Below, in pieces: positions 10,348-18,024 of a DNA stretch of 64,000 nt. Made by a program: the position numbers and the translations under genes. A model generated the notes under the pieces. That model was not told the origin of the DNA. It saw nothing but the letters and a program-made list of their open reading frames with translations, and searched no databases. Source of the stretch: an uncultured Thiothrix sp. (GTDB taxonomy: Bacteria; Pseudomonadota; Gammaproteobacteria; Poriferisulfidales; GCA-002705445); assembly GCA_902595225.1 (NCBI GenBank), contig CACJPG010000001.1, forward strand, positions 3,583 to 67,582, read 5' to 3'. The number at the start of each line of letters is the position of its first letter. Within the stretch, counting starts at the first letter, position 1.

Positions 10348-11187
10348 ATGACAAAAATAAAGAATAATATCTCAAAAAAAAGAATAATATTTTCAGATCT
10401 TGATGGCTCTTTCTTAAATGAAGATAATTTTACTTACGGTAATAATGTTAAATTAGTGAAAAAATTATTGAGGGAAGATAATTTTATAGTATTCAATTCA
10501 AGCAAAACATACATTGAGATAAAAGAATTTTTAGAATATATAAATATTGATTTACCTTTTATATGCGAAAATGGAGGAGGTATATATGCTCCAAAAGATA
10601 TTTTTCCAAAAAATCATCGATATAGAGATAGATTTTGTATTGTTAACGAATCAGAAAGAATTAAAAATAATAATAAATTTGATTTTGAGGAAATAAAAAA
10701 AATATTTAGCGGTAAAATAATTTTTTTAAAAGACTTATCAGTTGGGGAGCAGATTAAATTATCTGGACTGGATGAAAAATCATTACTTTCTGCCATGAAC
10801 AGGGAATTTACTGAAATTGTTATCGTGAATTCATGTGAAAATATACAAAAAGATTTTACCACTTACTTAAACATCAGAAATCTTAATATCTCTAAAGGAG
10901 GGAGGTTTCACCATATTTCATCAAAATTTAATAAGGGGCAAGCAATGTTAAGGCTTGTCAATGAATTTAAAAAATATTACTCTAATATTGAATATACAAC
11001 TGTTGCCATAGGTGATAGTAATAACGATTTGGAAATGTTGAATGCAGCTGATTTTTCTTGCTTAATAAAAAATCGCAGTAATAATGAATTACTAAAGAAG
11101 ATTGATTGTTCAAATTTATACGTAAGTAAAAATTTTGCACCATACGCATGGGAAGAATATATCGAGAATTACTTAGTCAAAATTTAA
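10348..11187 (+). CDS. HAD-IIB phosphatase, mannosyl/glucosyl-3-phosphoglycerate phosphatase type (YedP/MpgP-like)
   Basis: It has the HAD motif I FSDLDGSFL and motif IV GDSNNDLEML. The C-terminal PYAWEEYIENYL parallels the YedP C-terminus as I recall it. It lies adjacent to the matching synthase. Confidence 0.8.
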   Translation: MTKIKNNISKKRIIFSDLDGSFLNEDNFTYGNNVKLVKKLLREDNFIVFNSSKTYIEIKEFLEYINIDLPFICENGGGIYAPKDIFPKNHRYRDRFCIVNESERIKNNNKFDFEEIKKIFSGKIIFLKDLSVGEQIKLSGLDEKSLLSAMNREFTEIVIVNSCENIQKDFTTYLNIRNLNISKGGRFHHISSKFNKGQAMLRLVNEFKKYYSNIEYTTVAIGDSNNDLEMLNAADFSCLIKNRSNNELLKKIDCSNLYVSKNFAPYAWEEYIENYLVKI

Positions 11188-11202
11188 ATTTTAGGGGGCC
11201 AA

Positions 11203-12417
11203 ATAGCAGATTTTCATCAAAATGGTGTAATAAGCACCTTACATAATATTTCTAATAGGTCTTTTGAAGAATTAGAAAGCGAGCTTATAGAATTCTCTAA
11301 AGAAAGACCAATAGAATTGATATTACCCTCACTTTATTCCGAAATTGAGGGACCTGCGCTTAAAAATATTGTCAAAATTTTATCAAATAATAAATTTTTA
11401 AATCATATTACCATTGGTTTAGATAAAGCAAATAAAACTCAATTTCAAGATGCAAAAATTTTTTTTAAAGATCTAAAGGTCCCTCATTCTGTAATTTGGA
11501 ATGATGGGCCTAGAATGAAAGCTCTTGATAACCAGCTAAGTGAACAAGGTTTGGCACCAAAAGAACCCGGTAAGGGGAAAAATGTTTGGTATTGTATGGG
11601 TTATATTCTAGCTAGAGATCAAGCTCGCTCAATTGCGATTCACGATTGTGATATATTAACTTATAACAAAGAGCTCTTAGCAAGGCTTATTTACCCAGTT
11701 GCTAATCCACTTTTTGATTATGAATTTTGTAAAGGCTACTACCCTAGATTAGGAAATAATAAACTGAATGGGAGGGTAACTAGATTATTAGTTACGCCAT
11801 TATTAAAAACATTTAAAAAAGTTTTGGGCCATAGGGATTATATAGAGTTTATTGATGTTTTCCGATACCCGTTGGCTGGAGAATTTTCTTTTAGAAGCAG
11901 GCTATTAAAAGAACTTAGAATACCAAGTGATTGGGGTTTAGAGATTGGGATCCTGTCTGAGATGCAAAGAAATCAAGCTAGCAATAGAATATGCCAAGTA
12001 GATATATCAGATGCATATGATCATAAACATCAAGAATTATCTCAAGCTGATAAAACAAAAGGACTTTCAAAAATGTCTATAGATATTTCAAAAACACTAA
12101 TTCGAAAACTAGCAGCTCAAGGGGATACTTTTACATCAAATACATTAAGAACAATCAAAGCAACTTATTATCGTACAGCTTTAGACTTGCTAGAAATTTA
12201 TAATAATGACGCAAAAATTAATGGGCTTAGTTTGGATATTAATGAAGAGGAAATTGCGATTGAATTATTCTCAAATAATATTATTATCGCTGGACAAGAA
12301 TTCCTTGAAAACCCAAATGAAAATCCTTTGATCCCAAATTGGAATAGAGTTCAAAACGCAATTCCAGATTTCAAGGATAATTTTATTCAAGCCGTAAAGG
12401 ATGATTCAACAATCTAA
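11203..12417 (+). CDS. Glucosyl(or mannosyl)-3-phosphoglycerate synthase (GT-A fold, MpgS/GpgS type); the start codon is uncertain (ATA at 11203 or ATT at 11188; first canonical start is TTG at 11317)
   Basis: GKGKNVWYCMGYILARDQARSIAIHDCDILTY resembles the MpgS nucleotide-sugar-binding region. The frame is open back to 11188 and encodes ADFHQNGVISTLHN.., ahead of the first beta-strand-like LILPSLYSE where the track ORF begins. A GGGGG run lies 4 nt upstream of the ATA. Confidence 0.72.
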   Translation: MADFHQNGVISTLHNISNRSFEELESELIEFSKERPIELILPSLYSEIEGPALKNIVKILSNNKFLNHITIGLDKANKTQFQDAKIFFKDLKVPHSVIWNDGPRMKALDNQLSEQGLAPKEPGKGKNVWYCMGYILARDQARSIAIHDCDILTYNKELLARLIYPVANPLFDYEFCKGYYPRLGNNKLNGRVTRLLVTPLLKTFKKVLGHRDYIEFIDVFRYPLAGEFSFRSRLLKELRIPSDWGLEIGILSEMQRNQASNRICQVDISDAYDHKHQELSQADKTKGLSKMSIDISKTLIRKLAAQGDTFTSNTLRTIKATYYRTALDLLEIYNNDAKINGLSLDINEEEIAIELFSNNIIIAGQEFLENPNENPLIPNWNRVQNAIPDFKDNFIQAVKDDSTI

Positions 12418-12427
12418 AATATAAGAA

Positions 12428-14182
12428 ATGATTTCAGATAATAGTTTAAAAAAAAGAATACAAAACCATTTAATACAAATATATGGCGACATCCACAGTA
12501 GTGACGAAATCTACAGTATTGCTGATAATTTAACTTCTTTTTTATCTGAGCAGCATGAGTTACTAGAAACAAAAAAAAGTATTGATGACTTTAACAGATG
12601 GTCAGAAAAAAGTATTCTGTTAATAACCTATGGCGATACTATTTTAGGTGAAGATAAATCTTCTTTGAAAACACTATCTAATTTTTTACAAAAAAGTTGT
12701 AAAAAAACTTTCTCAATGGTTCATATACTTCCTTTCTTTCCCTCAAGCTCAGATCATGGTTTTTCTGTAATAAACTACTATACCGTAGAAGAAAAATATG
12801 GAGACTGGAAAGATATAAAAAATATAAGTGAAGAGTTCGATGTAATGTGCGATGTTGTTCTTAACCATGGTTCTGTCAAAAGCGAATGGTTTCAAAATTT
12901 TATAAATGGAAATGGAGATGGAGCAAATTATTTCTATACCACGAATGCTGAAATTGATACTTCTAAGGTTGTTAGACCAAGAACAAATAAACTCCTAACT
13001 AAAGTCAAGACTGTTAATGGTGAAAAGTATGTTTGGTGCACGTTCAGTGAAGATCAAGTTGATTACAACTTCTCAAACTTTGAAGTTGTAAAAGAATTTG
13101 TCAAAATAATTTCCTTTTACATATCAAACGGAATAAATGTTTTTAGATTTGATGCAGTAGCATTTATTTGGAAAAAAATTGGTTCAAACTGTATTAATCT
13201 TCCAGAAACTCATGAAATTGTAAGACTTTTCAGAACGGTATTAGATTATTTATCACCAAAATCAATTCTTGTGACAGAAACAAATACTCCTGCTCGCGAG
13301 AATGTAACTTATTTTGGAAATGCAAATGAAGCACATTGGATTTATAATTTTTCTCTCCCTCCAGTTTTAATCTATTCTATATTAAAGGGTGATTCATCAA
13401 TTCTAAAAAAACTTACTATGACAATGCCGCCTGCTCAATTGGGAACATCATATTTAAACTTCATTGCATCTCATGATGGAATAGGGCTTCGCCCCGCAGA
13501 AGGTATTTTAACAAAAAAGCAGACCGAATCTCTTGTCAGATTAATGGAAAAAAATGGTGGGCAGACGTCTTATAGAGTAGCTTCTGATAATGAATCAAAA
13601 CCATATGAAATGAATATATCACTATTTGATGCAATGAAGGCTACATTTAAAGAAAAAGACGAATTTGTCTTTCAAAGGTTTATTTGTATACATACCATAA
13701 TGTTGTCGCTTGAAGGGGTGCCAGCTTTTTATATTCACAGTATGTTTGGAACTAAAAATGATCAAGAGCTTTACAAGAAAACCCAGCATAATAGAGATTT
13801 AAATAGACATTCTTATAAAGAGCAAGAAGTATACGATTTCTTAGAAGATGAAAGCGATTATAGAGGTAAAATATTTAAACAAATAAATATTTTAATAGAA
13901 ATTAGAAGAAAACAATTAGCATTTCATCCAAATGCTGTTCAATTCACTCTTCATCTTGGTAAACATTTTTATGGAATATGGCGTCAGAGCCTAGATAAAA
14001 AGCAGAGTATATTTTGCATCTCAAATTTGACAAGCAAAGACAGAAAACTATCTTTAATTGAAATAAATCTCATTGGTTTTGAGGAGTGGAAAGATTTAAT
14101 TAGTGATAAAATCATAAATGATATTGATGCTGAAATCGTGTTGAAACCATATCAAACCCTATGGATTTCTAATCAATTTTAA
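12428..14182 (+). CDS. GH13_18 sucrose-phosphorylase-family enzyme, probably glucosylglycerate phosphorylase (YcjM-like)
   Basis: The 584-aa protein has GH13 catalytic-region motifs (VLNHGS, FRFDAVAFIWK, VTETN, IASHDGIGLRP). It is clustered with the glycosylglycerate synthase and phosphatase. Confidence 0.7.
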   Translation: MISDNSLKKRIQNHLIQIYGDIHSSDEIYSIADNLTSFLSEQHELLETKKSIDDFNRWSEKSILLITYGDTILGEDKSSLKTLSNFLQKSCKKTFSMVHILPFFPSSSDHGFSVINYYTVEEKYGDWKDIKNISEEFDVMCDVVLNHGSVKSEWFQNFINGNGDGANYFYTTNAEIDTSKVVRPRTNKLLTKVKTVNGEKYVWCTFSEDQVDYNFSNFEVVKEFVKIISFYISNGINVFRFDAVAFIWKKIGSNCINLPETHEIVRLFRTVLDYLSPKSILVTETNTPARENVTYFGNANEAHWIYNFSLPPVLIYSILKGDSSILKKLTMTMPPAQLGTSYLNFIASHDGIGLRPAEGILTKKQTESLVRLMEKNGGQTSYRVASDNESKPYEMNISLFDAMKATFKEKDEFVFQRFICIHTIMLSLEGVPAFYIHSMFGTKNDQELYKKTQHNRDLNRHSYKEQEVYDFLEDESDYRGKIFKQINILIEIRRKQLAFHPNAVQFTLHLGKHFYGIWRQSLDKKQSIFCISNLTSKDRKLSLIEINLIGFEEWKDLISDKIINDIDAEIVLKPYQTLWISNQF

Positions 14183-14364
14183 ATATATATATATCATATA
14201 TTTACAAGAATATTTTAATGCCGATATTAATATGATGTGATATAAAGCAGTTATTGTTTGTAAATATCCTGAAATTTGTTAAATTTAGTCAGTATTATGC
14301 TTTAAACTTTGTTTGTTGTATAAAAATAATGCATAGGTTAATAATTTTAATATAAGGAAGTAAA

Positions 14365-14754
14365 ATGTCTGAGAAAATAAATGTTATGGTAACAACTGAA
14401 AATATGGAGCAAATGCAGATGGCTGCTATGATTGCTTCAGTAGGTGCAGTGAGTGGCAATGATGTAAGCGTATTCCTTTCTATGAATGCTTTAAAATATT
14501 TTATGAAAGGTAATGATCATAAGGCACCATTAGAAGGTGAAATGGGTAAAACCATGCTAGAGAAAAATGTACCACCTTTTTTAGAGTTGTTCCAACAAGC
14601 CGTAGAACTTGGTGACGCAAAAATATTTCCCTGTTCAATGGCAATGGATATGTTAGAAATTAAGTCTGAAGATTTGTTCGATTATGTTGGAGAACCAATG
14701 GGTCTAACAAAATTTATCAGTGATGTTAACGAAGGACAAGTTTGGTCCTTTTAA
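14365..14754 (+). CDS. DsrE/DsrF-like sulfur-relay family protein (COG2210-like)
   Basis: It is 129 aa with a conserved-looking Cys in KIFPCSMAMDML and the small alpha/beta pattern typical of DsrE-like proteins. A TusA-like gene follows immediately. Confidence 0.6.
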   Translation: MSEKINVMVTTENMEQMQMAAMIASVGAVSGNDVSVFLSMNALKYFMKGNDHKAPLEGEMGKTMLEKNVPPFLELFQQAVELGDAKIFPCSMAMDMLEIKSEDLFDYVGEPMGLTKFISDVNEGQVWSF

Positions 14755-14769
14755 TTTATAGGAAATATT

Positions 14770-15000
14770 ATGTCAGATAGAATACTAGTTGATGCGAAGA
14801 ATACGTTTTGCCCTGGCCCATTGATGGAATTAATTTCTAATATGAAAATGGCAGATGTTGGAGCAGAACTTGAACTGTTATCAACTGATGAAGGTTCAGC
14901 AGCAGATATCCCAGAGTGGGTAAATAAAGTTGGTCATGAAATAATCGAAAGTTTTAAGGAAGATGATGTTTTACATATCATCGTTAAAAAGGTTAAGTAA
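14770..15000 (+). CDS. TusA-like sulfurtransferase
   Basis: It is 76 aa with the N-terminal active-site motif CPGPLMEL (CPxP). Confidence 0.8.
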   Translation: MSDRILVDAKNTFCPGPLMELISNMKMADVGAELELLSTDEGSAADIPEWVNKVGHEIIESFKEDDVLHIIVKKVK

Positions 15001-15025
15001 TTTTAATTGAGATAGGAGTAAAGTA

Positions 15026-16153
15026 ATGCATATTTTAGTAGTTGGTGGAGGAATGGGAGGTACTATCCTTGCAAATAATTTAGCAAGAAGGCTTTCTGGT
15101 GAATTAGAGCAAGGCTCTTCAAAAATTACAATGTTATCTGCGACAGATAAACATATGTATCAACCTGGTCTTCTTTATGTTGCAGTAGGAAAAATGTCAA
15201 CAACAGAACTATACAGAGACCAAAAAAGTTTATTAGAACCATCTATTGATTTTCATGTAGATCCAGTTGAAAAGTTTGATATGGATAACAACTCTGTTAC
15301 AACAAAGAGTGGAAAGAAGATATCATATGATATTCTTTGCATAGCAACAGGTTCTCGAGGAAATGCCGCAGGTATACCTGGACTTGCTGAAAATGCATGC
15401 CAGTTTTACACTGAAGCCGATGCCCTTGCCATGTATAAGAAACTTCAGAAATTTGAAGGTGGAAAAGTTGTCGTTGCAACAGGAGTACCTCATAAGTGCC
15501 CAATGTCTCCTTTAGAAATTACTTTCTTTTTAGTCGATTATTTCAAGAAAAGAGGTATTTGGGACAAAGTTGATCTTCACTATACCTATCCTATCGGTAG
15601 AGTGCATAGCTTGGAGCCAGTTGCTAATTGGGCAGCCCCAGAATTTGATAAACTTGGAATTACTTATGAAACACTTTTTAACATGAAAGAAGTAGTTCCA
15701 GGAAAAGTTATCAGTGAAGAAGACAGTTCTGCAGAATTCGATTTATTGGTTACTGTTCCACCACACAAAGGGCAACAAGTAATCGAAGATAATGAACTAG
15801 GGGCTGGTGGTTTCATCCCAACTGATAAGAAAAAGTTGAATATGGAAGGCAGAGAAAATGTTTTTGTTCTTGGTGACACAACTAATCTTCCAATTAGTAA
15901 AGCTGGTTCAACAGCGCATTTTGAAGCTGAGGCGCTCGGCGAAAATATTGCAGCTCTTGTTCAGCAAGGAGAGCCAGTTCGTGAATATGATGGAAAAGTG
16001 TTTTGCTTTATCGAGGCTGGTGATGGAAAAGCTACATATGCAATGTTTGACTACAATAATCCTCCAAATCCGCAAGCACCAACATCTGGTTTACATTGGT
16101 TTAAAACCGCTTACAACAGAATGTATTGGGCAAGCGCAAGAGGTATAATATAA
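15026..16153 (+). CDS. FAD-dependent pyridine nucleotide-disulfide oxidoreductase, sulfide:quinone-reductase-like
   Basis: It has the N-terminal Rossmann motif ILVVGGGMGG. Two candidate redox Cys sit in SQR-like contexts (PHKCPMSPLE and KVFCFIEAGDG). A DUF1641 partner follows. Confidence 0.65.
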   Translation: MHILVVGGGMGGTILANNLARRLSGELEQGSSKITMLSATDKHMYQPGLLYVAVGKMSTTELYRDQKSLLEPSIDFHVDPVEKFDMDNNSVTTKSGKKISYDILCIATGSRGNAAGIPGLAENACQFYTEADALAMYKKLQKFEGGKVVVATGVPHKCPMSPLEITFFLVDYFKKRGIWDKVDLHYTYPIGRVHSLEPVANWAAPEFDKLGITYETLFNMKEVVPGKVISEEDSSAEFDLLVTVPPHKGQQVIEDNELGAGGFIPTDKKKLNMEGRENVFVLGDTTNLPISKAGSTAHFEAEALGENIAALVQQGEPVREYDGKVFCFIEAGDGKATYAMFDYNNPPNPQAPTSGLHWFKTAYNRMYWASARGII

Positions 16154-16175
16154 TTTTAAAAAAAAGGTGCAAATT

Positions 16176-16517
16176 ATGAGCAGTGAAATAAGTGTACAAC
16201 AACAAGTTGACAGATTCATGCAAGGTGCAGGGGATGCTCTTACAGATGATACTGTTGCTAGATTAGGCTTTATGATAAATGAGCTTTTAATAATAGCTGA
16301 TAGAATTACAAGGAATAAAAATATTATGAAACTCCTTGAAATGTCAGAAAGTAAGGATTTTGCAAAAGTGCTTGATGCTCTTGGTAATGCAGTTGAGTCA
16401 CAGAAGAATGCTCCAAAATCTTCTGGTATTGGCGGTATGCTAAAAGTCATGGGTGATCCAAATGTGCAAAACTCTTTGAGATTATTGGGAAGCATAAATA
16501 AGGAACTTAATAAGTAG
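16176..16517 (+). CDS. DUF1641-domain protein (usual partner of SQR-like flavoproteins)
   Basis: The C-terminal GGMLKVMGDPNVQNSLRLLGSI resembles the DUF1641 signature. I chose the ATG at 16176 after aaggtg; the track starts at the GTG at 16167. Confidence 0.6.
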   Translation: MSSEISVQQQVDRFMQGAGDALTDDTVARLGFMINELLIIADRITRNKNIMKLLEMSESKDFAKVLDALGNAVESQKNAPKSSGIGGMLKVMGDPNVQNSLRLLGSINKELNK

Positions 16518-16541
16518 TATCTCTTGTTTTTTCGATAAAAC

Positions 16542-17129
16542 TTGATGTTTGAAAACAAATTAAACCACATCGATATACAATCGTTATTCGTAGGTATTGC
16601 TATACTACTTATTGCATTTTTACGTGTAATACCACATGTGTATAATTTTAGCCCAGTAATTGCTTTAGCAATTTTTGGAGCAATTCATTTTAAAAAACAA
16701 GTTCACGCTTACTTAACAATTTTATTATCATTAATAGTTAGCGATATCATAATAAATAATTTTTTATATGATTCAAAAAATAGTTTTTTATTTTTTTATG
16801 AGGGATTCTATTGGCAATATTTTTCTTACTTTCTGATAATTTTAATGAGTTCTAACTTTAGAAAAAATAAAATCGGAATTAAAAATGTTACTTTTCTTTG
16901 CTTGTCCTCTACTTTAATATTTTTTACTGTTTCGAACTTAGGTTTTTGGATAAGCTCTGGTTATTACCCATACACTATTGATGGTTTAACAACAGCTTTC
17001 ATCAAAGCAATCCCTTTTTACCAAGGGACTTTATTTGGGGCATTTTTTTATACCCCAATTTTATTTGGGGGCTATTATTTGTTACAAAAAAGTAATAGAA
17101 ATTTTCAGTCTAGGCATCTAATTTATTAA
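16542..17129 (+). CDS. Polytopic membrane protein, possibly a DUF6580-type putative transporter
   Basis: It is 195 aa with about 5-6 hydrophobic helices. The NFSPVIALAIFGA motif recalls DUF6580 proteins, from memory only. Confidence 0.45.
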   Translation: MMFENKLNHIDIQSLFVGIAILLIAFLRVIPHVYNFSPVIALAIFGAIHFKKQVHAYLTILLSLIVSDIIINNFLYDSKNSFLFFYEGFYWQYFSYFLIILMSSNFRKNKIGIKNVTFLCLSSTLIFFTVSNLGFWISSGYYPYTIDGLTTAFIKAIPFYQGTLFGAFFYTPILFGGYYLLQKSNRNFQSRHLIY

Positions 17130-17215
17130 AATGTTTAATTGAATTTGTTCTAATATTAATGTAGTTTATGTATCAGAATTATTAAGTCTTTATAAAAATA
17201 CCGTGGAGGTCAAAA

Positions 17216-17830
17216 ATGAGTAACGAGTTTGATAATAATATTATAGACGAAGCTGTTATTGGACAAGCAGCCCCAGACTTTAGTGCGACTGCTGTAGTCA
17301 ATAACGAGTTTAAAGATATAAAATTATCAGATTATAAGGGAAAATTTGTTGTTCTTTTTTTCTACCCTTTAGACTTTACATTTGTTTGTCCAACCGAAAT
17401 CACTGGTTTCAATGATAGATACTCAGATTTTAAAGCTTTAGATACAGAGATACTAGGCGTATCTGTTGACAGTCAATTCTCACATTTAAAATGGATTCAA
17501 ACACCAAGAAAAGAGGGCGGGCTTGGCAAATTAGATTATCCATTAGTATCTGATTTAACAAAGGAAATAAGCTATAAATATGGTGTTCTTTTAGACGACT
17601 CAATATCAACTAGGGGTCTTTTTATTATAGATGCTGAAGGAATAATTCAACATGTAACAATTAACAATTTACCGGTTGGTCGAAACGTTGATGAAACTCT
17701 CAGGCTCATTGCAGCTTTTAAGCATGTTCAAGCTAATCCTAATGAGGTGTGCCCAATGAACTGGACTCCAGGTGACAAAACCATGAATCCTGATCCGGAA
17801 AAATCAAAAGAGTATTTTAAAGACGTTTAA
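17216..17830 (+). CDS. Typical 2-Cys peroxiredoxin (AhpC/Tsa family)
   Basis: The peroxidatic motif is [14 protein letters not shown] and the resolving Cys sits in EVCPMNW. Confidence 0.92.
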   Translation: MSNEFDNNIIDEAVIGQAAPDFSATAVVNNEFKDIKLSDYKGKFVVLFFYPLDFTFVCPTEITGFNDRYSDFKALDTEILGVSVDSQFSHLKWIQTPRKEGGLGKLDYPLVSDLTKEISYKYGVLLDDSISTRGLFIIDAEGIIQHVTINNLPVGRNVDETLRLIAAFKHVQANPNEVCPMNWTPGDKTMNPDPEKSKEYFKDV

Positions 17831-18024
17831 TATTATACTTTAGTTTAAATCTACAAATAATTGATTTATATAGTTTATTTTAGTACTTAAGAATTTTATT
17901 ATTTAATAAAATTTCTATAAACAATCTAAATATACATATAAAATATTTCTATAAGACAAATAAGTTTATTCTATTATAATTTATTACTCCACGTTTGTAC
18001 TAAAGATTTTAATCACGGAGTAGT

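Noticed and set aside
16091-16570. A 159-aa minus-strand ORF overlaps the DUF1641 gene and both of its neighbours.
   Set aside because: It is antisense to three well-supported plus-strand genes. It has no motif and its composition is typical of a shadow ORF.
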